Positions 1 to 11,261 of a stretch of 61,420 bases of DNA are shown one piece after another (within the stretch, counting starts at the first letter, position 1; each line of letters begins with the position of its first letter). The notes beneath the pieces are model-generated. The model saw nothing but the letters and a program-made list of their open reading frames with translations, was not told where the DNA came from and ran no database searches. The DNA lies in contig JAGATW010000070.1 in assembly GCA_017621085.1 (NCBI GenBank), forward strand, positions 1-61,420. Reading direction: 5' to 3'. The position numbers and the translations under genes are program-made. The stretch comes from Clostridia bacterium. GTDB taxonomy: Bacteria; Bacillota; Clostridia; Oscillospirales; CAG-272.

Positions 1-133
1 AATTATAAAATGTTAAAAAAATATTAAATTTATTAACTAAATATGCACATTATGGAAATATATGCTATAATAAAGCGAAATTGTTAAATAAATAAAGCTT
101 TAGTTAACAAATAGTTGATAATTTGGAGCGTAT

Positions 134-1438
134 ATGGATTACATAAGAATAGTAAATATAATTTTTGATATTTTATACGGCTTAACAGGAGCAATTGTAC
201 TTCACTATATAGTTTTTGCAATTGTGGGTCTTTTTAAAAGCAAAAAATATCCACCGGTTGAGGAAAAGCTAAAATACGGTCTTATCATTCCTGCAAGAAA
301 CGAGGAAAAGGTGGTAGGAAACCTAATAAAAAGCATACAGAAAAACAACTACCCACAGGAAAAGCTACATATTTTTGTAATTGCTCATAACTGTACAGAT
401 AATACAGCCAATATTGCAAGAGAGCTTGGTGCAACCGTTTATGAATACAATAACCCAAATGAATGTACAATGGGCTATGCCTTTAGATATTTGTTTGACC
501 AAATAGAAAAGGACTACGGTAGGCAAAGCTATGACGGATTTTTCCTTTTCAACGCAGACAATATTCTTGACGAAAATTATTTTAACAAAATGAACGATGC
601 CTTTGTGGCACACGGGAAAAAGGACATAATTACATCCTTTAGAAACTCCAAAAATTTCGGAGAGAATGTAATGTCAGCCTGTTATGGACTATATTTTGTA
701 TATGGTTGCTTGCTTGAAAGCAAGGGCAGAAGTGTATTAAACTGCTCTACAAGAGTTCAAGGCACAGGCTATGTTATAGGTAGTGAGCTTGTTAAAGACG
801 GATGGAAGTATGTAACGCTTACAGAGGATTGGGAGTTTACAGCCGACCAAATAGTAGAGGAAAACAAAATTTATTATTGTGATGAGGCGGTGTTCTATGA
901 CGAACAGCCTACAACCTTTAAGGTAATGTGGCGTCAAAGAGTTCGTTGGTGTCGTGGCAGATGGCTTGTATGCTTAGCTCGTCTTAAGGATTTACTTAAG
1001 TGCTTATTTAAGCCAAAAAGGAAAAACGGAAACAAATACAAGGGCTCGGTTTACGATATGACCGTTAAGGTTTTGCCTGTATTCATTATAACCACCCTTT
1101 TGTTCTTTTCTCGCTTGATTACAGTTAGCTTAGCTCCTGTTTTCTTCCCTGAGCAATATACCTTTAGTGGCGTTATTCTGCAATGGCTGTTCCGTTCGCT
1201 TGGATTTTTTGGCTTTGCATACGTTTTACTCGTTATTTCTTCGATTATCATTTATATAGTCGAAAGAAAGAGAATAAAAAATGTCAGCCTTGGAATTAAA
1301 ATTTTATCAACCCTTATTTGGCCGTTTTTCTTAGTTATTGCAACCCCTGCTGAGTTCGTTGCAATTTTCTCCAAAAACCTTGGCTGGAAGGAAATTCCAC
1401 ACAAAAACACAACCTCCTTTGAGGATTTGAATAATTAA
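134..1438 (+). CDS. Membrane glycosyltransferase family 2 (CESA-like)
   Basis: IIPARNEE, LTED and RQRVRW (QxxRW) motifs; N- and C-terminal hydrophobic segments; GGAG RBS upstream. Confidence 0.85.
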   Translation: MDYIRIVNIIFDILYGLTGAIVLHYIVFAIVGLFKSKKYPPVEEKLKYGLIIPARNEEKVVGNLIKSIQKNNYPQEKLHIFVIAHNCTDNTANIARELGATVYEYNNPNECTMGYAFRYLFDQIEKDYGRQSYDGFFLFNADNILDENYFNKMNDAFVAHGKKDIITSFRNSKNFGENVMSACYGLYFVYGCLLESKGRSVLNCSTRVQGTGYVIGSELVKDGWKYVTLTEDWEFTADQIVEENKIYYCDEAVFYDEQPTTFKVMWRQRVRWCRGRWLVCLARLKDLLKCLFKPKRKNGNKYKGSVYDMTVKVLPVFIITTLLFFSRLITVSLAPVFFPEQYTFSGVILQWLFRSLGFFGFAYVLLVISSIIIYIVERKRIKNVSLGIKILSTLIWPFFLVIATPAEFVAIFSKNLGWKEIPHKNTTSFEDLNN

Positions 1439-1443
1439 CGCAA

Positions 1444-1530
1444 AAAAGCACATAGGTTACTCAAATTTCGAGCAACCTACGTGCTTTTGTTATACTAAAA
1501 AGGTGTACCAACTGCCTGTGTTGGTACACC
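1444..1530. terminator. Two adjacent hairpins between the convergent GT2 and icd genes
   Basis: AAAAGCACATAGGTTACTC/GAGCAACCTACGTGCTTTT (1444-1488) and GGTGTACCAAC/GTTGGTACACC (1502-1530). Confidence 0.7.
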
Positions 1531-1536
1531 CATATT

Positions 1537-2754
1537 TTATGCTAATTTCTTTTCAAGACGGGCGCGAATTTCCTTAATAAATGTACTTGTGTTTACAGCA
1601 GTTGCATTAAAGCCTGCCTCTACAAGTCCAACTAAGTCCTTTGTCATAATACCGTCGTTTAGCGTATCGATACAAGCGCACTCAAGCTTGTCAGCAAATT
1701 CAACAAGGTCGCAAAGACCATCAAGTTCACCACGCTTACGCAAAGCGCCTGACCATGCAAAAATTGTTGCCATTGGGTTAGTTGAGGTGTCCTCACCCTT
1801 TAAATATCTGTAATAGTGTCTTGTAACTGTTCCGTGTGCAGCCTCATACTCATATTTTCCGTCAGGAGAAACAAGAACAGAGGTCATCATAGCAAGTGAG
1901 CCAAAGGCAGTGGAAACCATATCGGACATAACGTCACCATCATAGTTCTTACAAGCCCAAATGTAGCCACCCTCACTTCTTATAACTCTTGCAACAGCAT
2001 CATCAATAAGTGTATAGAAATATGTTATGCCAAGCTCCTCAAATTTTGACTTGTAGCACTCATCAAAAATTTCTTGGAAAATAAGCTTAAAGGTTTGGTC
2101 ATACTGCTTTGAAATTGTGTCCTTTGTTGCAAACCAAAGGTCTTGCTTTGTGTTAATAGCATAGTTAAAGCAGGAATGTGCAAAGGAGCGAATAGAGGAG
2201 TCTTTGTTATATTGACCCTGTAAAACACCCGGGCACTCAAAATCGTAAATTTCCTTTTTAAAGCTTACATTACCGTTTTCATCTGTGAAAACAAGCTCTG
2301 CCTTGCCCTTAGTAGGAACACGATATTCAGTAGCCTTGTATACATCACCATAAGCGTGACGTGCAATTGTAATTGGCTTTTTCCAGTTGCGAACAGCAGG
2401 CTTTATCGAGTCAATAAGAATAGGAGCTCTAAATACCGTACCGTCAAGAATAGCACGAATTGTTCCGTTAGGGCTCTTCCACATTTCAGTTAAATTATAT
2501 TCCTCAACTCTTTGCTTGTTAGGAGTAATTGTAGCACACTTAACGCTAACACCGTACTTTTGGTTAGCATAAGCAGCATCAAATGTAACCTTGTCCTTAG
2601 TTTTTTCTCTTTCGGGTAAGCCAAGGTCATAATATTCGGTTTTTAAATCTATAAATGGAAGAAGAAGCTCATCCTTAATCATCCTCCAAATAATTCTTGT
2701 CATTTCATCTCCATCCATTTCAACAAGTGGAGTTGTCATTTTAATTTTTTCCAT
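1537..2754 (-). CDS. icd: NADP-dependent isocitrate dehydrogenase
   Basis: [47 protein letters not shown]; start moved to the ATG after the GGAGG RBS. Confidence 0.95.
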   Translation of the reverse strand: MEKIKMTTPLVEMDGDEMTRIIWRMIKDELLLPFIDLKTEYYDLGLPEREKTKDKVTFDAAYANQKYGVSVKCATITPNKQRVEEYNLTEMWKSPNGTIRAILDGTVFRAPILIDSIKPAVRNWKKPITIARHAYGDVYKATEYRVPTKGKAELVFTDENGNVSFKKEIYDFECPGVLQGQYNKDSSIRSFAHSCFNYAINTKQDLWFATKDTISKQYDQTFKLIFQEIFDECYKSKFEELGITYFYTLIDDAVARVIRSEGGYIWACKNYDGDVMSDMVSTAFGSLAMMTSVLVSPDGKYEYEAAHGTVTRHYYRYLKGEDTSTNPMATIFAWSGALRKRGELDGLCDLVEFADKLECACIDTLNDGIMTKDLVGLVEAGFNATAVNTSTFIKEIRARLEKKLA

Positions 2755-2793
2755 TTTTGCGCCTCCCATGGCTGATTTTTTTATCATTATAAC

Positions 2794-2893
2794 ATTATAC
2801 AACAGGATATAAAAATTTTCAATAGAAACTTGAATATTTTATCGTGTTAAAATGATAAATTTTGTTGACATATGGGACTAATTAGTATATAAT
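2794..2893. promoter_or_regulatory. Divergent sigma-A promoters for icd (-) and the paaK operon (+)
   Basis: minus strand TTGAAA-17-TATAAT (2822..2794); plus strand TTGACA(2865)-17-TATAAT(2888). Confidence 0.7.
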
Positions 2894-2994
2894 ATTATTT
2901 ATAATACGAAAAACGGCTCTTTTATTGTATTTTTATTCACAAAAGAGCTAAATAAAAAACATAAAAGTGCATTTGATAAGGAAAAGGCAGTAGT

Positions 2995-4299
2995 ATGATT
3001 TGGGCAAAGGAAGAAACTCTTTCAAGAGAAGAAATGGAGGCCTTACAATTAGAAAGGCTTCAAGAAACAGTAAAGCGAGTATATGAAAAGGTAGAGCCAT
3101 ACAGACGTAAAATGGACGAGTGTGGCATAAAGCCGGAGGACATTAAGTCCTTAAAGGATTTATCAAGACTACCATTTGTGACAAAGCAGGATTTGAGGGA
3201 CAATTATCCCTTTGGTCTTTTTGCAGTACCAAAGGAGGAGCTTTTAAGAATACACGCATCCTCAGGTACAACAGGAAAGCCAACAGTTGTCGGCTACACT
3301 AAGGGGGATATGGACACATGGACCGAGTGCGTTTCCCGTATTGCAGTAGCAGGTGGCGCAAAGGCTGATGACGTAGCGCAAATTTGCTTTGGCTACGGTA
3401 TGTTTACAGGAGCTCTTGGCTTGCACTATGGACTTGAAAACATAGGCGCTACAATAGTTCCGTCATCAACAGGTAACTCTGAAAAGCAAATTATGTATAT
3501 GAAGGACTTTGGCACAAGCCTTCTTGTAGCAACACCTTCCTATGCACTTCGCTTAGCAGAGGTTGCAAGAGAAATCGGAGTTGACCCCAAAACCGATTTA
3601 AAGGTTAAAATCGGTCTTGTGGGAAGTGAATTGTTAACCGACGCTATGCGTGAAGAAATGCATAAGTGCTGGGGAGAAGATATGCTTGTTACCTCAAACT
3701 ACGGTATGAGTGAGCTAATGGGACCCGGTGTTTCAGGTGAGTGCGAGTATCTTTGCGGTATGCATATTAACGAGGACTTTTTCATTCCTGAAATTATTAA
3801 CCCCAAAACCGGGGAGGTTTTGCCTGAAGGCGAATGGGGCGAGCTTGTAATTACTTGTATTAAAAAGGAAGCGCTTCCACTTATAAGATATAGAACAAAG
3901 GACATAACAAGGCTAATTTATGAGCCATGTAAGTGTGGAAGAACAACTGTAAGAATGGAAAACCTTTCGGGCAGAAGTGACGATATGCTTAAGATTAGAG
4001 GCGTTAACGTATTCCCAAGCCAGATTGAAGAGGTTGTATTAAGTGTTGAGGGACTTGGCCCACACTATGAAATTATAGTTGAAAGAGATGGCTATTCCGA
4101 TAAGCTGACAGTAAGAGTAGAGCTTGCAAGCGCAACTGACTCCTTTAAGGTTCTTGAGGAAATAGAAAAAACTGTTAGAAATAAGCTTAAGGTAATGCTT
4201 GGCTTGGATGCTAAGGTTAAGCTTGAATCCCCAAATACCTTGGCACGCTTTGAGGGCAAGGCAAAAAGAGTAAGAGATTTACGAAAGGAGCAAAAATAA
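2995..4299 (+). CDS. paaK: Phenylacetate/arylacetate-CoA ligase (copy 1)
   Basis: [42 protein letters not shown] motifs. Confidence 0.9.
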   Translation: MIWAKEETLSREEMEALQLERLQETVKRVYEKVEPYRRKMDECGIKPEDIKSLKDLSRLPFVTKQDLRDNYPFGLFAVPKEELLRIHASSGTTGKPTVVGYTKGDMDTWTECVSRIAVAGGAKADDVAQICFGYGMFTGALGLHYGLENIGATIVPSSTGNSEKQIMYMKDFGTSLLVATPSYALRLAEVAREIGVDPKTDLKVKIGLVGSELLTDAMREEMHKCWGEDMLVTSNYGMSELMGPGVSGECEYLCGMHINEDFFIPEIINPKTGEVLPEGEWGELVITCIKKEALPLIRYRTKDITRLIYEPCKCGRTTVRMENLSGRSDDMLKIRGVNVFPSQIEEVVLSVEGLGPHYEIIVERDGYSDKLTVRVELASATDSFKVLEEIEKTVRNKLKVMLGLDAKVKLESPNTLARFEGKAKRVRDLRKEQK

Positions 4300-6038
4300 T
4301 GAGTGAAAAGAGAATAATGCTTGGTAATGATGCCATTGCCAGAGGCGCATATGAGGCAGGAGTTAAGGTTTCAAGCTCCTATCCGGGCACACCAAGTACA
4401 GAAATAAGTGAATTTTTAGCAAAGTATGAAGAGGTTTATACAGAGTGGGCGCCAAATGAAAAGGTAGCCTTGGAGGTTGCAGCAGGAGCTTCAATTTCAG
4501 GTGTACGCAGTATGGCTTGTATGAAGCACGTTGGCTTAAACGTAGCCTCTGACCCACTTTATACTCTTGCATATACAGGTATTAATGCAGGTCTTGTAAT
4601 TGTAGTAGCAGACGACCCCGGTATTGCAAGCTCACAAAACGAGCAGGACACAAGAATGATTGCAAGAAGCGCTCACCTACCACTAGTTGAGCCAAGCGAC
4701 AGTAACGAGGCAAAGGAATACTTTAAGTACGCATTTGACCTAAGTGAAAAATATGATACCCCTGTTATTTTCAGAACAACAACAAAGCTCTCACACTCAC
4801 AAAGCATAGTTGAATTAGGTGAAAGAGTAGTTCCTGAAGATAAGACATACGAAAGAAGCATGACTAAGTATGTTATGATGCCTGCATCTGCCATAGGAAG
4901 ACACAAGGTTGTTGAGGCAAGGGAAATCCAAATGGAAAAGGATGCTTCCACCTTCCCAATTAACAAGGTTGAATATAACGATAAGAAAATCGGCTTTATT
5001 ACCTCCGGCGTTCCTTATCAGTATGTTAAGGAAGCATTTCCAAATGCAAGCGTATTAAAGCTTGGTGTTATCAATCCATTGCCAAAGGCTATGATTGAGG
5101 ACTTTGTAAAAGAGGTTGAAACAGTTTACATAATTGAAGAATTAGAGCCTGTAATTGAAGAGCAGGTAAGAAGCTGGGGCTTAAATGTAAAGGGTAAGGA
5201 ATGCTTTACAAAGCAGGGCGAGTACAGTGCAAATATGCTTAAAAAGGTAATTAATGGTACTGATGACTGCGTATTTGAAAAGGCAGTGTCCCCAGCCCGT
5301 CCACCTATTTTGTGCCCAGGCTGTCCGCATAGAAGCGTATTTTCAGTTCTTAACAAGCTTAAGATACACGCATCAGGCGATATTGGTTGCTATACCTTAG
5401 GCGCAGTTGCTCCGCTTAACGTAATTGATACAACAATTTGTATGGGCTCATCTATTTCCCTACTACACGGTATGGAAAAGGCAAAGGGCAAGGAATATAT
5501 TAAAAACTGGGTTGCTACAATTGGTGACTCAACCTTCCTACATACAGGTGTTAACTCACTTATTAATATGGTGTATAATAAGTCAAGCGCAACTGTTATG
5601 ATTCTTGATAACCGTACAACAGGTATGACAGGACATCAAGAGCATGCAGCTACAGGAAAAACTCTTAAGGGCGAGGACACCTATGCAATTGATTTAGCAG
5701 AGCTTTGCAGAAGCATTGGTGTGCCAAATGTAATTGAAATTAACGCCTTTGACGTACAGGGACTTGAAAAGACAGTTAAGGAAAGCGTAAATAGTGATAC
5801 CTTAACCGTAATTATTGCAAAAGCACCTTGCGCACTTTTAAAGGGACAAAAATTCCCATATGTATGTAAGGTTGATAGTGAAAAGTGCAAAAAATGCGGT
5901 ATGTGTATGAAGATTGGTTGTCCTGCAATGACAAGAAATGAGGACGGCACAGTTAAAATAGACGAAACAATGTGTAATGGATGTGGTCTTTGCACAAATT
6001 ACTGCAAATTCGGCGCTATTAGCAAGGAAGAAAGATAA
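4299..6038 (+). CDS. iorA: Indolepyruvate:ferredoxin oxidoreductase alpha subunit
   Basis: YPGTPSTE, MKHVGLNVA, LCPGCPHR, GDIGCY, GDSTF, C-terminal two-cluster ferredoxin Cys motifs; TAATG overlap with paaK. Confidence 0.93.
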   Translation: MSEKRIMLGNDAIARGAYEAGVKVSSSYPGTPSTEISEFLAKYEEVYTEWAPNEKVALEVAAGASISGVRSMACMKHVGLNVASDPLYTLAYTGINAGLVIVVADDPGIASSQNEQDTRMIARSAHLPLVEPSDSNEAKEYFKYAFDLSEKYDTPVIFRTTTKLSHSQSIVELGERVVPEDKTYERSMTKYVMMPASAIGRHKVVEAREIQMEKDASTFPINKVEYNDKKIGFITSGVPYQYVKEAFPNASVLKLGVINPLPKAMIEDFVKEVETVYIIEELEPVIEEQVRSWGLNVKGKECFTKQGEYSANMLKKVINGTDDCVFEKAVSPARPPILCPGCPHRSVFSVLNKLKIHASGDIGCYTLGAVAPLNVIDTTICMGSSISLLHGMEKAKGKEYIKNWVATIGDSTFLHTGVNSLINMVYNKSSATVMILDNRTTGMTGHQEHAATGKTLKGEDTYAIDLAELCRSIGVPNVIEINAFDVQGLEKTVKESVNSDTLTVIIAKAPCALLKGQKFPYVCKVDSEKCKKCGMCMKIGCPAMTRNEDGTVKIDETMCNGCGLCTNYCKFGAISKEER

Positions 6039-6053
6039 GGAGGGCTGAGATAT

Positions 6054-6617
6054 ATGAATATAATGGTAGTTGGCGTTGGCGGACAGGGAACATTGCTCAC
6101 CAGCAGAATTATTGGAAAAACAGCCCTTAATGCAGGCTGGGATGTTAAGCTTTCCGAGGTGCACGGTATGGCACAGCGTGGAGGAAGCGTTGTTACCTTT
6201 GTAAGATATGGCAAAAAGGTTTATGAGCCTGTTTGCGAGGAGGGTAGCGTTGACGTTCTTATCTCTTTTGAAAGACTTGAGGCACAAAGATATGCTCACT
6301 TCTTAAAAAAGGACGGCATTATGATTGTAAACGATACAAGAATTGACCCAATGACAGTTGTTATAGGCGCTTGTCAGTATCCAAACGGAATTTTGGAGGC
6401 TCTATCTTCGGAGCATAAGGTATATACAATCAACGGTGGAGAAATTGCAAAGAGCCTTGGCAATTCAAAGGTTTTAAACTCTGTTGTTTTAGGACTTGCA
6501 GCAAAGCATATCGGCTTTACAAAGGAAGAGTGGCTCGAGGTATTACAAGCAACAGTTCCACAAAAGACAATCGAAATTAACACAAGAGCATTCGAAAAGG
6601 GATACGAGGTAGAATAA
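6054..6617 (+). CDS. iorB: Indolepyruvate:ferredoxin oxidoreductase beta subunit
   Basis: VGVGGQG and SEVHGMAQRGGSV motifs; follows iorA. Confidence 0.93.
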   Translation: MNIMVVGVGGQGTLLTSRIIGKTALNAGWDVKLSEVHGMAQRGGSVVTFVRYGKKVYEPVCEEGSVDVLISFERLEAQRYAHFLKKDGIMIVNDTRIDPMTVVIGACQYPNGILEALSSEHKVYTINGGEIAKSLGNSKVLNSVVLGLAAKHIGFTKEEWLEVLQATVPQKTIEINTRAFEKGYEVE

Positions 6618-6618
6618 A

Positions 6619-7917
6619 ATGATTTGGAATGAACAAATGGAGTGTATGTCACGTGAGGAAATGACTAAGCTTCAAGATGAAAGACTTGTTAAATTAGTTA
6701 AGTATGTTTACGATAATGTAGAATATTATCGCAACAAAATGGACAAATGCGGTGTTAAGCCTGAGGATATTAAGGGCATTTGCGATATAACAAAGCTCCC
6801 TTATACAACTAAGGACGACTTACGTGATACATACCCCTTTGGACTTTTTGCAGCTCCTCATTCCGATATTGTAAGAATACACGCATCCTCCGGTACAACA
6901 GGAAAGGCAACAGTAGTTGGCTACACACAAAACGATATTGATATGTGGAGTGAGTGCGTTGCACGTTGTATGTCAATGGCAGGCGTTACCAAGGACGATA
7001 TTATTCAAGTAGCATATGGCTATGGCTTGTTTACAGGTGGTCTTGGCGCACACTATGGTGCTGAAAGGCTTGGCGCGATGGTAGTTCCTATGAGCACAGG
7101 TAACTCCAAAAAGCTAACAACAATGATGGTTGACTTTGGCGCAACAGCAATTGCTTGTACACCATCATATCTCTTACACTTATCTGAGGTTTTAAGAGAT
7201 GAGGGCTTAATTGATAAAATAAAATTAAAGGCAGCTATTTGCGGTGCAGAGCCTTGGACAGAAAAAATGCGCCACGAAATCGAAACACGTCTTAACATTA
7301 CAGCTCACGACATTTACGGTCTTAGCGAAATTATGGGTCCCGGCGTTGCCTGTGACTGTAAGGAGCACGCAGGACTTCACATTTGCGAGGATTATTTCTA
7401 TCCTGAAATTATTGACGCAAAAACCCTTGAGCCTGTAAGCGACGGAGAAACAGGAGAGCTTGTATTTACAACTCTTACTAAAGAGGGTATTCCTCTTATT
7501 CGTTACAGAACCAAAGATTTAACAAGCATAACACGTGAAAAATGCAAGTGTGGAAGAACCAGCGCAAGAATTTCACGCTTTAAGGGTAGAAGCGACGATA
7601 TGCTTATTATTCGTGGTGTTAACGTATTCCCAAGTCAGGTAGAGGCAGCGCTTATTAATGTTGAGGAGGTAACACCTCACTATATGATGATAGTAGATAG
7701 AGAAAACAACCTTGACAGCCTTGAAATTCAGGTTGAGGTTGATAGCAAATACTACACAGACGAAATTAAGGGAATTGAAAAGCTTACTAAGAAGATTGCA
7801 GGTGTAATTCAAAGTGCTCTTGGCATTAGCGCAAAGATTAAGCTAATGGGTCCAAACTCACTAAAGCGTAGTGAGGGCAAGGCAGTTCACGTAATTGATA
7901 ACAGAAAGCTATATTAA
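6619..7917 (+). CDS. paaK: Phenylacetate/arylacetate-CoA ligase (copy 2)
   Basis: [37 protein letters not shown]; paralogue of 2995..4299. Confidence 0.9.
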   Translation: MIWNEQMECMSREEMTKLQDERLVKLVKYVYDNVEYYRNKMDKCGVKPEDIKGICDITKLPYTTKDDLRDTYPFGLFAAPHSDIVRIHASSGTTGKATVVGYTQNDIDMWSECVARCMSMAGVTKDDIIQVAYGYGLFTGGLGAHYGAERLGAMVVPMSTGNSKKLTTMMVDFGATAIACTPSYLLHLSEVLRDEGLIDKIKLKAAICGAEPWTEKMRHEIETRLNITAHDIYGLSEIMGPGVACDCKEHAGLHICEDYFYPEIIDAKTLEPVSDGETGELVFTTLTKEGIPLIRYRTKDLTSITREKCKCGRTSARISRFKGRSDDMLIIRGVNVFPSQVEAALINVEEVTPHYMMIVDRENNLDSLEIQVEVDSKYYTDEIKGIEKLTKKIAGVIQSALGISAKIKLMGPNSLKRSEGKAVHVIDNRKLY

Positions 7918-7930
7918 GGAGGACAAAGAA

Positions 7931-8359
7931 ATGACAGTTAATCAGGTATCCGTTTTTATAGAAAACAGACAAGGCAGACTTGGCGAGGTTTTAAATGTTT
8001 TAAAGGAGAATGACGTTAACATTTTGTCAATTTCCTTGGCAGACACAACAGAGTATGGTCTTTTAAGACTTATAGTTAATAAGCCGGAGCACGCAAAGGA
8101 CGTTCTTCTTTCTGCAGGCTTTTCAACAATGCTAACAGAGGTGCTTATTATTAAGGTGCCACACGTAGCAGGGGCACTTCAGGACATTCTTTCTGAAATT
8201 GCAAAGGCTAATATAAGTATTGAGTATATGTACGGTCTTTCTGTTGAGGCAAATGATGCATCAATAGTTATGAAAACAAATCAGCTAAATGAGGCTTGCA
8301 ACGTACTTAAGAACAAAAACATTGGAACAATGACAGAAAAGGAAATAGAGTCCTTATAA
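7931..8359 (+). CDS. Tandem ACT-domain protein (paaK-associated)
   Basis: QVSVFIENRQGRL, SLADTTEYGLLRLIV, IEYMY; start after the AAGGAGG RBS. Confidence 0.85.
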   Translation: MTVNQVSVFIENRQGRLGEVLNVLKENDVNILSISLADTTEYGLLRLIVNKPEHAKDVLLSAGFSTMLTEVLIIKVPHVAGALQDILSEIAKANISIEYMYGLSVEANDASIVMKTNQLNEACNVLKNKNIGTMTEKEIESL

Positions 8360-8362
8360 TAA

Positions 8363-9163
8363 ATGATAATAGATTTCCATACCCATATTTTCCCTGACAA
8401 AATTGCCGAGGCAACAATTCAAGCACTTTCAAAGGGAGCAAGCATTCCACCACACTCAAACGGAGCATTAAGTGGACTTTTAGATAAAATGAGCAAGGCA
8501 GAGGTTGATGTAAGCATCAACCTTCCTGTCTTAACAAAGGCAAAGCAATTTGATAGCATTTTTTCCTTTGCAAGGGGTATTAATGAAAGCGTTAATAACG
8601 TAATCTCCTTTAGCGGTATTCACCCTGATGATGAGGAGTACGAAAAGCATCTTTGCTTAATAAAGGAAGCAGGAATTAAGGGAATAAAAATTCATCCTGA
8701 CTATCAAGGCACATTTTTTGATGATGAAAAATATGTAAAAATCCTTGCCTTAGCAAAAAAGCTTGACCTGATTACAGTTACCCACGCAGGGCTTGACGGT
8801 GCATTTGTAGGCGAAGAAATTAAGTGTACTCCGAAAAGAGTGCTTAACCTGCTTGATAAAATAGGTAGCTATGATAAATTAGTTCTTGCCCACTTAGGTG
8901 GAAACGAGCTATTTAGTGATGTATATGAGAATTTGGCAGGAGAAAATGTTTATTTTGATACAGCCTACGTGCTACCTTTTTTAACTAAAGACCAATTTGA
9001 AAAAATGGTAATAAGGCACGGGGAAGGTAAAATTTTGTTTGCAACCGACAGCCCTTGGCAGGACCAGGGCGAAATGGTAAGCTTTATAAAGAGCTATAAT
9101 CTTGGTAAGCAGGTTGAAAATAAAATTCTATATGAAAACGCAAAAAAATTACTAAATATTTAG
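8363..9163 (+). CDS. Metal-dependent amidohydrolase (amidohydro_2 type)
   Basis: IIDFHTH, GIKIHP, LAHLGG, ILFATDSPW. Confidence 0.85.
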   Translation: MIIDFHTHIFPDKIAEATIQALSKGASIPPHSNGALSGLLDKMSKAEVDVSINLPVLTKAKQFDSIFSFARGINESVNNVISFSGIHPDDEEYEKHLCLIKEAGIKGIKIHPDYQGTFFDDEKYVKILALAKKLDLITVTHAGLDGAFVGEEIKCTPKRVLNLLDKIGSYDKLVLAHLGGNELFSDVYENLAGENVYFDTAYVLPFLTKDQFEKMVIRHGEGKILFATDSPWQDQGEMVSFIKSYNLGKQVENKILYENAKKLLNI

Positions 9164-9170
9164 GTGAAAT

Positions 9171-10358
9171 ATGTTTAACGAAAAAATGTATGCTTTAGGC
9201 AGTAAGCGCTCTATTATAAGAGAAATTTTTGAATACTGCAAGTCAAGAGCAAATGAAATAGGGGCGGACAAGGTTTTTGATTTTAGTATCGGAAACCCAA
9301 GCGTTGAGCCACCAATTGAAATAAGCAATGCTATTTGCGACCTTGTAAATAACGCAAATTCCGTTCTTTTACACGGCTACACCTCAGCGCAGGGCGATTT
9401 AGGTGTAAGAACAGCAATAGCTGACGAAATTAACGAAAGATTTGGCGCAGGAGTAGGTCCTAACAATATTTATATGACCTGTGGTGCAGCAGCATCACTT
9501 ACCATCTCCCTAAGAGCACTTTTAAACGAGGGAGAGGAGTGTGTAGTATTTGCTCCATTCTTTACAGAATATAGAGTATTTATTGAAAATGCTCAGGGAC
9601 GTGTGGTTGTTTCCACTCCTTTAGAAAAAACCTTCCAGATTGACACAGTTGATTTGGAAAGCAAAATCACTGAAAAAACAAAGGCAGTAATTATTAACTC
9701 CCCTAACAATCCAAGTGGAGTTGTGTACAGCGAGGAAACAATAAAGGCTGTAACAGATATACTTAAAAAGAAGGAAAAGGAATTTTCCCATCCAATATAT
9801 CTAATTGCCGATGAGCCATACAGAGAGCTTGTATTTGGCGACGTTACCGTTCCTTATCTTATGAATTACTATGATAATACCATAGTTTGCTACTCATACT
9901 CAAAGGCACTTTCCTTGCCGGGTGAAAGAATTGGCTATATTGCAGTAAGCCCAAAAATGCAGGACTCACAAAACGTATATCTTGCAATTTGTGGCGCAGG
10001 ACGTTCTCTTGGCTATGTTTGTGCTCCAAGCCTTTTCCAACAGGTAATTAAAAATACTATTGGCGCAAAGGTAGATGTAAACATTTATAAGGAAAACAGA
10101 GATATTCTTTATAATGCTTTGACAGAATATGGCTACGAGTGTGTTCAGCCTGATGGCGCATTCTATCTATTTGTAAAGGCGCTTGAGGACGATGCCTACA
10201 AGTTCTTTGAAAAGGCAAAGTCCAAGGAAATTTTAGTTGTTCCTTGTGATGACTTTGGTGTAACAGGCTATGTGCGTATTGCATACTGCGTTGATAAGCA
10301 AAGAATAATCAATGCGCTCCCTGCCTTTAAAGCATTAGCAGAGGAATATAAGAAATAA
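9171..10358 (+). CDS. PLP-dependent class I/II aminotransferase
   Basis: INSPNNPSG, DEPY, SYSKALSLPGERIG. Confidence 0.9.
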   Translation: MFNEKMYALGSKRSIIREIFEYCKSRANEIGADKVFDFSIGNPSVEPPIEISNAICDLVNNANSVLLHGYTSAQGDLGVRTAIADEINERFGAGVGPNNIYMTCGAAASLTISLRALLNEGEECVVFAPFFTEYRVFIENAQGRVVVSTPLEKTFQIDTVDLESKITEKTKAVIINSPNNPSGVVYSEETIKAVTDILKKKEKEFSHPIYLIADEPYRELVFGDVTVPYLMNYYDNTIVCYSYSKALSLPGERIGYIAVSPKMQDSQNVYLAICGAGRSLGYVCAPSLFQQVIKNTIGAKVDVNIYKENRDILYNALTEYGYECVQPDGAFYLFVKALEDDAYKFFEKAKSKEILVVPCDDFGVTGYVRIAYCVDKQRIINALPAFKALAEEYKK

Positions 10359-10359
10359 T

Positions 10360-10394
10360 AAAAGTGTGTACTGACATTGTCAGTACACACTTTT
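10360..10394. terminator. Bidirectional intrinsic terminator
   Basis: AAAAGTGTGTACTGACA-T-TGTCAGTACACACTTTT between convergent genes. Confidence 0.8.
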
Positions 10395-10448
10395 TATTTG
10401 CCTATGTAAGCTGTAACTAGTTAAAAGGACAAAATAAATAATTGTGAG

Positions 10449-11261
10449 TTAATATAAAATAAGCTCCCTTATTTTTCTAACAGTACTATTGACCTTTTCT
10501 ATATTTACAATTCCTGTTTGCAAATCAAAGGATGTTGCCTCAGTTGTAAAGTCACCCTTGTAGTTAATTTTCTTTACGAAGTCAAAAAATTTATTAAAAT
10601 CAACACATCCGTCCCCTACGTGCAGCACACGTAAGTTTTGCCAATCCTTATATTCGCCAAGACGGTCATTTATGTGCAAATGTGCAAAATGGTCTACCAC
10701 GTGTCGATTATTTTCGTCATAAATTAGGTCAATCTGCTTGTGAAAGTCTGCCATTTTAGTATCAAAGGTAAATTTAATGTCAGGATAGGCATCGCAAAGC
10801 AGGCACAAATAATAAAAGGGGTCACGTTGATTGCAAACAACATTTTCAACGGTTAAGGTTAGGTCATAATGCTTTGCAATATTGTCAAGATATTCAAAGC
10901 ACTTAATATTGTAATCAATATTTTTGTCGGAAATTGGCCCGTTCCATAAATGTAAAACAAGCTTGTTTGCTCCTATGTCACGAGCAAGGGCGCAATTAAT
11001 TTCCATTCTTTCAAGGGCTTCGTCTAATTTTGAATAGCTTATAAGCTCACCGATTTGCTTTTCCAAGTGGAAAACCACAACAGGCATATCAAGAGATAAA
11101 ACAGTTGATTTTAAAGCTCCGATTTTATCATACCAGCTATCGTACATTAAAAGCTCAAGTCCGTCACATTCAAGCTTAGGCACTATGTCTTTAAGCAAGG
11201 TAAAATCTCTGCCATTTGGTCTGCCAATTAAAGCGCCGGTTGAAACAAGCACTCTATTCAT
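10449..11261 (-). CDS. Sugar phosphate isomerase/epimerase family TIM-barrel protein
   Basis: LTVENV, FTFDT, HLHIND, VGDGCVDF, FTTE pattern of the AP-endonuclease-2/xylose-isomerase-like fold. Confidence 0.7.
   Translation of the reverse strand: MNRVLVSTGALIGRPNGRDFTLLKDIVPKLECDGLELLMYDSWYDKIGALKSTVLSLDMPVVVFHLEKQIGELISYSKLDEALERMEINCALARDIGANKLVLHLWNGPISDKNIDYNIKCFEYLDNIAKHYDLTLTVENVVCNQRDPFYYLCLLCDAYPDIKFTFDTKMADFHKQIDLIYDENNRHVVDHFAHLHINDRLGEYKDWQNLRVLHVGDGCVDFNKFFDFVKKINYKGDFTTEATSFDLQTGIVNIEKVNSTVRKIRELILY

Noticed and set aside
2995-7917. The two paaK genes as an assembly duplication or mobile repeat
   Set aside because: They are clearly diverged, intact paralogues in an ordered operon
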